The notes below the pieces were generated by a model. The model saw only the letters and a list, made by a program, of their open reading frames with translations, searched no databases and was not told where the DNA came from. Source: Eukaryota sp. GEM-RC1 (lineage: Eukaryota). Taken from it: 64,000 nucleotides of DNA. Position numbers and translations under genes: made by a program. The DNA lies in contig JAUFOQ010000010.1 in assembly GCA_040285855.1 (NCBI GenBank), forward strand, positions 1,116,001 through 1,180,000, written 5' to 3'. Each line of letters begins with the position of its first letter. Position 1 is the first letter of the stretch. Positions 48,770-60,225 of this stretch are shown here, in pieces.

Positions 48770-51700
48770 ATGTCTACAGACAACAATAATTATTATGTCC
48801 CTTGCGGATCCGCTCCGTGTGACTCACAGCCTCCTCATTCACTAAAGTCTCAAGACCCTACATTGAGTAGGCTGGTTGTAGAGAGTTCCGTTCCTCCAAT
48901 AACTCCCCAAAGATTCTCCGAGGTTGTAGGTTTCGTCCCTGCTCCTTAAATTCAGCAAACATCCCCAGAAGGTTCCGCCCTTCAAAGGATTCCTGTGGTT
49001 GAAGGTTCCGCCCTTCCTTCCCAACCCCAAAGGGGAGTTATCACCATTCGAGATGATAGCTCTCCAGAAGGTCCTGCCCTTCAGAGCTCTCCCTCCCTGG
49101 AAGAGTCCGCTACCCATGATAGGACCATTTCTGAGGATACCACTCCTCCAACGAGTCCTTCCTTCGAGAAAAATTAGAGCTATGTTCAGCGGAGCCCCAA
49201 CTCCGAACAAGCCTTTCCCTACTCTACAATTCTCCTCACTTGCAACTCCCACTCGCAATCAGGAGGGTTTACGCCTTCCACCCAAGTCTTTGCCAAAAGC
49301 CACTTCCAAAAGTGCTCCCATAAAACAGTCTCAGAAGGGTCCCGTTCCCTCATCACTTCCCATAGATGATTTCTTGTCGACTCCACGTGCCCTGGACTCT
49401 GTTCCTCATGTTGGTAAAAAGATCATAGTTTCTCACGTCACTCCCACCGTAGACCCTGACTTAGAAGATCTATGTGATCACGACGTATCTGATGACGAAA
49501 AGTCTGGCCGGACGCCTGCTAAAGACGCGTCTGACCGTTCTCAACCCCCGCCGTTAAGGTCTGACACGGACACGAGAAAGTTCCAAACCCTTCCCATTAT
49601 TCCCGTGTAAGGTGTTTATTCCGGTCAGGTCCTCCAAATCGGCTTCTTCCAAGTTATTCCAGGCCCTTCCTGGACTCTACCAACAAGGGTTAACTGAAGA
49701 GGGACTGAAACTAGCAGACCGTCATATGTTCTCATCAGATCGCCGAATGGTCCATGATTTTCTCCATGGAGTCAAAAACAGTACTGATTACCTCAGAAAC
49801 CGCTATCCGAGATCAGCCGAAGCTGCTAAAAGACCAGGAGACAATTTAATGACGAAGTTATGCCCCTCGAAGGAACATTTACGATCCTTGACGACCGAGG
49901 AAGACCCCATACTATGCTGATGGACCCTAGCAAATTGAAAACCATGATTCCCGTTAATAAATGCTGGGAAACAGTCCAGGAAGTATCAACGGGTCGAATT
50001 TTAGCAAATTCGAATTCGGACAAAACCCATATTCGGCCATGAGATCACAACCCCTCTCCGCTTCCGAAGCTCAGAGTGATCAATCTCGACTGATGAAGTG
50101 GTGATCCAGCCTACTGCATTAAAATACAGAGCTCGAGTGGAATAGGAAGAAGAACTCGCTCGTAGAGCAAATGCAAATCCGAAGTCTAAAGTGAAAGGAA
50201 TTTCCACTTTTCATCAATCACCTTCCGATCAATCAAATCCACTACCTGATGTCCACCAGCTTGGTCTCTCCATGAGTGACCTCAGCACGACAGCAACCTC
50301 CCCCCTCAACTGACATCCTTCCCCCCTGGCTCCGTCAGTTGTGGAATATCCTTCCTCAATGTTCTATAATGTTGTCACATTTCAACAGAAATTCCCAGTC
50401 GACTCTATGAAAATCTCCAAACTTCAGCCTAAGGTGCTTTCGAGTTTGAAACTCTAAGACATCATTGAATTTGCTACAGACTTTCTTCAATGGAGCGTGA
50501 TGGACCCTACCCACAAAACACCGGTAGGGGCTCCATTCGGATGGCCAAGACACTTTTTCGACTTCGATCGAACAGCTGCAGCAAATGCTGACCCTTCTTA
50601 CATCCAACGCTTTGTGAAGTTTGACTTACAGTCCCAACTGTCAATGCAAAAGGAGTGGGATGGTAAGAACCCTCTCACCCTTTGGTTGGCTCTCCTCAAG
50701 CGTACTCAGTTCCCGGACGAAACCACGGCATTGAATGAGCTCAACAAGGTCAACATGAAGTGGTCCATCGCAGACCCCGAAGAGCGATGGAGCGATTTCA
50801 TATCACGTTTACAGAGAATCCAAGCCATCAAGCCGAAGAACAAGCCAATGACTGTTTTGTCAGACAAAGCCATTGTTAAAGCTATTCTATCGAACTTTTT
50901 CATTGTTTCCATCTGGATCGAATGTTGGCCTCTCTACCAGGATTCTGAGGACATCCAAGGATTGATTTTTGAAGTCAAACAACGTTACAACACTTGGTGT
51001 GCGAGATGGCAATCTGCTTCAGCCAATGTCCAGAACGAACAACGAATCACTGAAATCGCTAACCTTAGAGATACGGCAACTTGGGACGACCTCCCCAAAA
51101 CCTGGACTTCCCGTCCTCTCATCCCGGTTCAGTCTAGTGAACCCGGTAAATCTAGAAGATCGGTTTCCAGTTTCAAACCCTCGAAGAAGCCTCGATCAAT
51201 CAATGTCCCGACCCTGAGTGTAGACGCAGTTAACTCCTTTCAGACCAACGAAAGGCCACGAGTACCGTCTCCCAACCACCGAATCGTAGTCGTAGCAAGA
51301 AAAAGTTTCATAAAAAATCTAAATATTTCAATGCACAATCAGTACATATAAACACCCTTGTAGATATATCTGATAACACCACATCATCTATTCAATCAAA
51401 TCCCATTTTGATTGAAACCAATCAATTCTTAAACCCATTGAGCAACATCAGTTCTGCCAATAATAATACGAACTCACAAAACCTGAATTCCATATTCAGC
51501 ATAAGTAGTCAGAACTCACTCAGCTGCAAACTGATGTTTAACAGAATTCGGGTTCAAGGTTTTTGGGACGGTGGAGCAACCATGTCCGTAATCACACAAG
51601 ACCTGGCTATGAAGTGTAACATGACGCCCGTTAACAAAAATGTTCGCTTCACATCCGCAAACAATGTCGAGTCCCGGTCTTTGGATAGCGCCCAGGGCAT

Positions 51701-53629
51701 CTTGACCTTCGATACCAGTAGCATCGCGTACCTGACAGATGTGGATAAGACATTACCAATAATACCTGGATCCAACAAACCATTCTTGGGAATTGATCTA
51801 ATGAAACAGTTAGGACTACTGTCCGAAAACAGACTAGTCATCCGGATTGACAGGACCATCCTGGCCATTGTGAACGATGAGTCCGAGTTCGACTCCGACT
51901 CATACTACATTTCCACAGCCTCTCTATCAATAACGTAGACTTTAATAACCATGTATTTGATTCCGGTTGTACAATACTTTTAGATGATGACACCAGAGCC
52001 GAGAGCTTATTGAACCGGCTTCAGGAGTTTTCCTCAATATTCTCAACAGCTCCTCACAAAGACGGCATCGATTGTCATGGCATGGCATGGCATGGCAATT
52101 GATATCTACAATGAAGAGTCCACTGTGGGACGGAAACCTCGACAGCTCAATCCAATGAAACAGCGGATTGCCGAAGAGATTTTCGATGAACTTGTTCGTC
52201 AGGACTTTGCTGAGTTAACAACTCCTAAACACTTCCTAAAGCATTCTGGCAGCTAAACCTAGCTGAGGACGATGGTGAGAAAACCAGTGTGTCTATACCT
52301 GGGATGTCAATTAACGAGCATGTTTTGGATTGAAAAACGTACCAGCGATTTTTCAAAACATCATGATGGAAATATTCGATGTGGAAGGTGTATTAATTTA
52401 TATAGACGATATAATTGTAGTAGGTGACACTTTCGGACAGTTTATTTCAAGAATAAATCTAGTACTGGAACGAGCAGAACGTTTTAGAGTACGGATTCTT
52501 CCAGCTCCTTCAACATTACCCGAGGTAAGAAGTTTACTTGGCACATTAAATTATGTTCGTGAATGGATTCCAAATTTTTCAAATTTGACTGCCACAATCA
52601 ATGAACTCACTCGTGGAAAACCAATGAAGATTCTATCCCTAGGGATAATGTCGATAACCGAGTTTGCCAATGCTATTTTCGAGGCAGTTTGTAACCTACT
52701 GGCCATTTAAGTAAGTCGTTCGATTCCTCATTTCTCGCAGAGTAGTGGGCTGGTGGAACGACGTCACAGAGACGCTCTGCAGAGCCTACGTCGTCTCCTT
52801 GTGGACTTCAATGATTACGACAATTAAATCAACGTACATTCCAACTGTACAGTTGCAAATCAACGCAACAAAAAGCTCTGGTACTGGGCATACTCCCTAC
52901 GAACTGATGTTCGGTAGCGACTTAAGTCCTAGTGCAAATCCTGATGGTTTACTAGATGCTGTTGAGAAATTGACAAAGAATGTCCCATTTATTGACGACA
53001 TTAAAATGAAACTAGAACGACTAACGAAAAAGAGAGAAGAGGCAGAGATTCGACAATCTTCAATCAAGCTAAAAAAGATTTCTTAACCTAATCAATCATT
53101 TAAGATTGGATATCTTGTGTTGAAAGTCTCCAAAACTAGTAAGCTCCACGGTAATTACTCTGGACCTTTTCTAGTAGTGTCTAATCTGATTACTGGTCAC
53201 GTTATTAAAACTCGCATTCATCAATGTAAGATCTTTCAATCAGATCTACCAGCTGATCATGACATCCATAGAGCAATCGCTTCTGGTGATTCTAAAGAAC
53301 ACATCGTGGTTAAGATCCTGGATAGGTTCAACACACCCAATGCGATGGTGAGTATTGTACGGTCCTCTGGTTTGGTGGTGATACTTTATCAGTTCCCACT
53401 TATGACATCAAGAACACCAAGGCGTACAGTGAATTTGTAAAATTAGAAAATGTAGATTTATTTAAAAGTAGTAACAAGAAACCTAAGCGTACCTCAAGTA
53501 GTACGAGCAATCCTAAAGCAGCCAGCGTCAAGACACCTGTGGCTAAGAGAACAAGGAGCTCGAGAGAAGAGAAGAGGTAGTGTTAGTCAAAGGTATTAGT
53601 ATAGTATCAAGTAGTATAATTTCATAACA
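48770..53629 (+). mobile_element. Decayed Ty3/gypsy element related to the 21.7-27.9 kb element
   Basis: Gag-like ORFs; FWDGGATMSVI protease; KAFWQL..GLKNVPAIFQN..YIDD; deletion from RT into integrase; GLVERRHR, TPYELMFG, YSGPF; purine tract at 53562-53580 followed by TGTTAG. Confidence 0.88.
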
Positions 53630-53639
53630 TAAACACCTT

Positions 53640-55476
53640 TTATTCCCTTTCCCATACTAAGGTATCATAAAAGTCTACTTCAACAATGCTATTGACTTTT
53701 AACGCTTCTTCTAAAGCTTTAGCACCTTCAGATCCAATACAGTTGTACCTCAAATAAATACGTGAAACAGTACAATTAATTTTTAACGCATCTGCCAAAG
53801 CTAAAGCACCTTCATCTCCAATAAGGGTAGAACCAATATGAATTCTTGTTACTGTAGTATTAACCTTTAGCACATCTGCCAATGCCATAGCACCTTCATC
53901 TCCAATATGGTTATTACCTAGATAAATTCTTGCAACTGTAGTATTAACCTTTAGCACATCTGCCAATGCCATAGCACCTTCATCTCCAAAATGGTTATTA
54001 ATAAGATTAACTCTTGTAACAGTAGTATTAACCTTTAGCACATCTGCCAATGCCTTAGCACCTTCATCTCCAAAATGGTTATTACCTAGATTAACACTTG
54101 TAACAGTAGTATTAACCTTTAGCACATCTGCCAATGCCTTAGCACCTTCATATAGAATACAGCTGTGTGAAAGATTAACACTTTTAACAGTAGTATTAAC
54201 CTTTAGCACATCTGCCAATGCCATAGCACCTTCATCTCCAATATGGTTATTACCTAGATAAATTCTTGCAACTGTAGTATTAACCTTTAGCACATCTGCC
54301 AATGCCTTAGCACCTTTATATGGAATAAGGTTGTGTGAAAGATGAACACTTGTAACATTAGAATTAACCTTTAGCACATCTGCCAATGCCTTAGCACCTT
54401 CATATCCAATATCGTTGTGGGAAAGATTAATACTTGTTACTGTAGTATTAACCTTCAAACTATCTGCCAATGCATTAACACTTTCATCTCCATAATAGCT
54501 ATCACATAGATCAATTCTTGTCACTGTAGTATTAACTTTTAACATACCTGCCAAAGCGCTAATAGCAACAAAACCAATAGCTTTTCCACCAATATCAATA
54601 CTTGTAATTGTAGTGTTAACTTTTAACGCTTCCGCCAAAGCTGTTACACATCCATCTCCAATAGAGTTAAAATCTAGATGGATTCTTGTTACTGTAGTAT
54701 TAAGCTTTAGCACACCTGATAATGCCTTAACATCTTCATCTCCAATAAAGCCATCATCTAGATAAATTCTTGTTACCGTGCTAATAACTTTCAATAAGTC
54801 GATGAACACCTCCAATAATGGACCAGGAACACGCACATCAAGTTCCTTAAGAAGTGGAAAAAACAAAGAAGACTTGTTGAGAAATTGCAAGTTATTTTCA
54901 TTATCTAGATTCAATTCCAATCCTGAAATTATGGGATAAAAATTTAGGAATTCTTCGACTAAAAAGATCCCATCAACGTGTAAGAAAACTGATTGTACAT
55001 CTGCTCCAAAGAAAGAAGCAAATGAACAGAGTTGAGGAAGATCTTCCGGTTCTACATGAAACGTGTTAATTTGGAGAAACACCTTGGTTGCTAGTAGAGC
55101 AGATTCAAAGAAATGATGACTTACATAGCCAATTTTCTTGAAGAAATAAGGAAGATATTTCTTCAAATTGAGGAAAACCACGACGACGTTCTTCGCGTTC
55201 CCACACAAGAGAAAAACTTAAGAGACGATTAAGGAAATGAAAATGGATTAAAACAAGCAAAGACTGTTGGAAGTGTAACATAATGAAAGGAGAATGGGTG
55301 GAGGACGCAGTTGGAGATGTATCAGAGCTAGGATTCGAAGAGGAAATACTAGAAGAGGATCCATTGAACTCAACAACGTCAGTAACTGAGATACTATCAT
55401 CGAATGAGCGACTTCTCTTCAGTGGAGGTTCAGATTGAGTAATCAGTTGTGGAGGAAAAATGCAGTGTTGTACCAT
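53640..55476 (-). CDS. LRR family protein (Ser-rich leader, core, 13 LRRs); homopolymer frameshift and lost native ATG
   Basis: ORFs 55105-55533 and 53640-55208 join near 55174-55177 (A4 run). The paralogous start position reads ATT (55443). Confidence 0.78.
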
Positions 55477-56170
55477 GACGGCCATAACTGTTATGTGTGC
55501 CATGGGTGCCATGGGTCCATAGGCGCATGGCATTTTTTGATTATGGCGGTGTTGTTATGGCGTGTTAACACGTGTTGTTCTTCCAACAATGACACTGTAC
55601 TACAAGAGCATGTACAGTAGTTCTATGATACGTATACTTAAAGAATGTTATTTATTAAACCTATATAAAGAGCTCTAACAGTCAGAATCGCTGTCCATGC
55701 TGTGTTCTGTTCATCTTTGTTTCATAAGACAAGCTTGGTTCTGGAATTTGGAATTAAATTGCAAACTTGTGAGCCGGTTCCTTCTGTTTGAGTGAATAAA
55801 GGAATAGGAACTCCAAACCCATGCTCCTGCTGAACTTACTTGTGAGATTTACTTAATGGCAAGCTTCTTGACTACACAACTGCTGTACCATTTGATTTCC
55901 ACCATGTAACAGGAGTAAGAGAATCATCAAAATCAGAACTCGATTTAAATTGATTCTGAAATGAATTGTATGAGAACAGATTTGCAATTACAAACCAATA
56001 ATACTGGGATATATCGATATGTGTTCATTTACGTAATATCTACTAACTTGTTTCGATATCGAAAATATTGCCAATGCGCCACGCGTATTTTCTCGCCATG
56101 CGTCCGAAAGCCATGACCCATAGGCCATCGGCGCATGGCATTTGAAAATTTAGGTTATGGTAGAACACTG
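55463..56170. mobile_element. hAT-like non-autonomous element
   Basis: 14-bp TIRs CAGTGTTGTACCAT / ATGGTAGAACACTG (1 mismatch); GCCAT/ATGGC subterminal repeats at both ends; TSD not preserved. Confidence 0.72.
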
Positions 56171-56348
56171 GAATTTACCTGTGAGTAAGGGTAAGGGTAA
56201 AGCAAAGCGTCCTCTAACAAAAGTCAGAGGTCCTAACAAGTGTGGTATATGTTTTCAACCTGGACATAACAAAACAACTTGTCCAAATAAGCCTAAGAAA
56301 GATGTACCCAAGGACTCACACGTAAACCAGAAAGATCAGGAATCTTGA
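56171..56348 (+). mobile_element. Zinc-knuckle fragment typical of DNA-transposase C-termini
   Basis: Basic stretch followed by CGICFQPGHNKTTC. Confidence 0.5.
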
Positions 56349-56530
56349 ATCTATGAAGTTAGCTCGTCTTAAAAGTCTTTGCGAATGAGGACATTTATTT
56401 GTTCAAACTGTGAGTTCTGCTCATGAGTTTGCTTACGAGCTTGCTCATGAGATCATGAAAATGTGAAGGGTTATGCCCTTATGCATTTGGAATGAAATTC
56501 ACAGAGGAATTTACCATTGTAACTTACAAC

Positions 56531-59224
56531 ATGGACCATACCACTGGAAAAGAACTGATGTTACATATTCCCTCCAAAGCCGCGATCCTCCTCCGTCTTT
56601 TAGTTCAGGAGCTGAGCATCCGTCATTCGGTGTTCCTTTTCGTCAATCGCACGAAGAATATGAACTTCCCTCTACAGCCCCCCTTCATTGCCGAAATCGT
56701 TACCGATGCAAACACTGTAACAGAAGCTGACATCAAGCAAGTTTTCTCCTCTCTTCGAGTTAAAGAAGTTCGACCTACTAATAATATGCCAGGTACGTTC
56801 TTTGTCAAATTTCGTGACGTTCATGGACTCGAGCAATGTTTAGATAAGTACTGGATGTTTAAGATCCATGGCCACCCTATCCGTACCTATGTAGCCTCTG
56901 CTCCTCAGTCTTCTGTTAAACCATTGAACAGTAGTACCTTCTCTTCTAAACCTAATACTGAATCTAAACCACTTGAACTCCTCCCTTTGACATCATCGTT
57001 CCAATCTCCTTCTAGATGCTTACACTTTCCACAGTCTTTGCTGATTCTCATCAATATTCACTTGTTAAAAAGTCTCTGTAAGTCGTATCCTGATTGGAAA
57101 CGTGATTATCCTCGTCGTTATGTTCCTATCTTTTTCAAGAAAATTGGCTATGTAAGCCATAATTTCTTTGAATCTGCTTTACTATCAGCCAAGGTGTTTG
57201 TCCAAACAAACACGTTTCATATAGTACCGGAAGACCTTCCTCAACTTTGTTCATTTGCTTCTTTCTTTCGAGCAGATGTACAATCTGTGTTTTTACACGT
57301 ATATGGGATCTTTAATGTTGAAAAATTTTTCAATTACTCTAATTTAATTTCAGGATTGGAATTGAAAATAAGGAATGAAAATGGATTGGAGTTTCTGTAC
57401 AAGTCTTCTTTGTTTCTTCCACGTCTTAAGGAACTTCATGTGAATGTTTGTTATGGTTTTTCCATCTCTATGCCATTTATTGAAATGTTGAAAGTTAATA
57501 CTACAGTTACCAGGGTTAATCTGGGGCACAACTATATAGTAACTGAAGGTGCAAGAGCTTTGGCAGATGCGTTAAAAGTTAATTCCACAATTACAAGTGT
57601 TAGCTTGGTTATGAACTTGATTAAAGATGAAGGTGCAAGAGCTTTGGCAAATGCGTTGAAAGTAAATACTTCACTTACAAGTGTTGATTTAAGAGACAAT
57701 TATATCAAAGTTGAAGGTGCAAGAGCTTTGGCAGATGCGTTAAAAGTTAATTGCACAATTACAAGTGTTAGTTTGGATTCGAACTCTATTGGAGTTGAAG
57801 GTACAAGAGCTTTGGCAGATGCGTTAAAAGTTAATTCCACAATTACAAGTGTTAGTTTGGATTCGAACTCTATTGGAGTTGAAGGTGCAAGAGCTTTGGC
57901 AGATGCGTTAAAAGTTAATTCCACAATTACAAGTGTTAGTTTGGATTCGAACTCTATTGGGGTTGAAGGTGCAAGAGCTTTGGCAAATGCGTTAAAAGTT
58001 AATTCCACAATTACAAGTGTTAGTTTGGATTCGAACTCTATTGGAGTTGAAGGTGCAAGAGCTTTGGCAAAGGCGTTAAAAGTTAATTCCACAATTACAA
58101 GTGTTAGTCTTCGTTCGAACTCTATTGGATCTGAAGGTGCTAGAGCTTTGGCAGATGCGTTAAAAGTTAATACTACAATTACAGTTTTGAATCTGAATAG
58201 CAACTCTATTGGATCTGAAGGTGCTGGAGCTTTGGCAGATGCGTTAAAAGTTAATACTACAATTCCAGTTTTGAATCTGAGTTACAACTCTATTGGATCT
58301 GCAGGTGCTGGAGCTTTGGCAGAGGCTTTGAAAGTAAATACTACCATTACAGTTGTGAATCTAAATAACAACTCTTTTGGATATGAAGGTGCTAGAGTTT
58401 TGGCAGAGGCCTTGAAAGTAAATACTACAATTACAAGTATTGATCTGAGTAACAACTCTCTCAGTGCTGACAGTGTTAGAGTTTTGGCAGAGGCGTTTAA
58501 AGTAAATACTACAATTACAGTTGTGAATCTTTATTACAACTCTTTTGGATATGAAGGTGCTAGAGCTTTGGCAGCGGCGTTGAAAGTAAATACTACAATT
58601 ACAAGTATTGATCTGAGACACAACTCTCTTCGTGATGAAGGTGCTAAAGTCGTGGCAGATGCGTTGAAAGTTAATGATACAGTTTCTCGTGTCATTTTGG
58701 ATCGTAACTCTATTGGTTCTGAAGGTGGTAGAGCTTTGGCAGATGCGTTAAAAGTTAACACTTCAGTATCATGTATCGACCTGGAGGGCAACTCCATTGG
58801 AGTTGAAGGTGCTAGAGCTTTGGCAGATGCGTTAAAAATTAATTATACAGTTACTAGTGTCATTTTAAGTCATAACTCCATTGGAGTTGAAGGTGCTAGA
58901 GCTTTGGCAGATGCGTTAAAAGTTAATGGCTTTATTGCAATTATTGATTTGGGTTATAACTATGTTAAAATTGAAGGTGCTAGAGCTTTGGCAGATGCGT
59001 TAAAACTTAACACTGCAATTATAAGTCTTGGTCTCAGTTATAACTATGTTAAAACTGAAGGTGCTAGAGCTTTGGCAGATGCGTTAAGCTCTAACACTAC
59101 GGTTAAAAGTATTCATCTAGGTGACAACTTTATTGAATCCGAAGGTGCCAGTGCTTTGTTAGAGGCGTTAAAAGTTAATGGTACTGTTGAAGTGCACGGA
59201 TTACGCCATTTTAGCGGATTTTAA
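56531..59224 (+). CDS. eIF4B-like RRM, core and 20 LRRs
   Basis: Open ORF, paralog of 46146. Compensating -1 and +1 indels (near 56548 and 56678-56683) alter ~44 N-terminal residues. Confidence 0.9.
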   Translation: MDHTTGKELMLHIPSKAAILLRLLVQELSIRHSVFLFVNRTKNMNFPLQPPFIAEIVTDANTVTEADIKQVFSSLRVKEVRPTNNMPGTFFVKFRDVHGLEQCLDKYWMFKIHGHPIRTYVASAPQSSVKPLNSSTFSSKPNTESKPLELLPLTSSFQSPSRCLHFPQSLLILINIHLLKSLCKSYPDWKRDYPRRYVPIFFKKIGYVSHNFFESALLSAKVFVQTNTFHIVPEDLPQLCSFASFFRADVQSVFLHVYGIFNVEKFFNYSNLISGLELKIRNENGLEFLYKSSLFLPRLKELHVNVCYGFSISMPFIEMLKVNTTVTRVNLGHNYIVTEGARALADALKVNSTITSVSLVMNLIKDEGARALANALKVNTSLTSVDLRDNYIKVEGARALADALKVNCTITSVSLDSNSIGVEGTRALADALKVNSTITSVSLDSNSIGVEGARALADALKVNSTITSVSLDSNSIGVEGARALANALKVNSTITSVSLDSNSIGVEGARALAKALKVNSTITSVSLRSNSIGSEGARALADALKVNTTITVLNLNSNSIGSEGAGALADALKVNTTIPVLNLSYNSIGSAGAGALAEALKVNTTITVVNLNNNSFGYEGARVLAEALKVNTTITSIDLSNNSLSADSVRVLAEAFKVNTTITVVNLYYNSFGYEGARALAAALKVNTTITSIDLRHNSLRDEGAKVVADALKVNDTVSRVILDRNSIGSEGGRALADALKVNTSVSCIDLEGNSIGVEGARALADALKINYTVTSVILSHNSIGVEGARALADALKVNGFIAIIDLGYNYVKIEGARALADALKLNTAIISLGLSYNYVKTEGARALADALSSNTTVKSIHLGDNFIESEGASALLEALKVNGTVEVHGLRHFSGF

Positions 59225-60225
59225 ATTTTTCTTGGTATATAAGTATACTTTTGACACTGTAGGATTATTATCTTGAAAGAAATTCGGGACGATTACAAAA
59301 TTGCCCAGATTTCTTCCTTCATCTTACAACATTGCCCAGATTCATTCTCTATATAAAACATATAACTCATTTCTTCTACTTTTCCCTACGTTCTCTCTCA
59401 TCTAAACGTATATCTTCTCTTTCGGAGAGTTAGTTGACCTTCGTCATTTGAAGCACTGTCATCACCACCATTCACATTTCCTGATGCATCAGCCACTTCT
59501 GTCTGAGTCTTTAATTCTCTTCCTGGTGCACGTTCTTTTGCGTTTTCCCTCAAAGTCGTTGTGTATGCCGTCGTCACTCAACCGATTCTCGTTTTCTTCA
59601 TTTAGACGATTTTTCTAGCTCTGCTTCCGATGACAAGATCACCAACATTGGGTTGCAAAATAAATGATGTCCATCAGTGATCTTTCTACTCAATCTTGTT
59701 TATCCAAATCTAACCAAAATAATCACCTAAAGATAGATTCTAAAGCACTTCGAATAATTTTCACATCCCAAGGACTTCGATTGTAGTGTCACTGTTGCTG
59801 AAGTTTTTCTGACGATCTCTCCACTTCAACAGGAGTTGCAGGAATGAACTATAAGTTTTTGTTTTCAAAATATCCCCACAGATACAGTTCCAGGATTCCT
59901 GGCTGTCAATTATTGACTGGTGGGTATAAAAGACCCCACAAACGACTTTGTGTTCAGGCATGTAAGGGAAGAATTTGTTGTTTTATTACATAATGTATTG
60001 GCAATAGTAGCAATATACTGATATTGAAAATCAGCGGATCAATCAATATACATTGATATAGATTGGCAATATAGAGTGCTGTGTCTATATCGTACAAAAA
60101 TAGATGAAATAAAGTTTAACGACATCCAAACAAATGCTATTCTCCATCAATACATTTAACAACCACACAAGTAAACAAACAATATTTAAAATAACTTCTG
60201 TTTTCTTGGTTGTTTAAAAGTCTGT

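Noticed and set aside
52076..52095. (CATGG)4 microsatellite
   Set aside because: Local slippage inside a dead pol gene.
57500..59200. CRISPR-like array (constant repeat plus variable spacer)
   Set aside because: The 84-nt period is in frame and encodes LRRs; there are no cas genes and the context is eukaryotic.
59761..60082. BED-finger-like peptide with ATATTG subrepeats (possible hAT 5' end)
   Set aside because: The motif is incomplete and no matching TIR or TSD was found.
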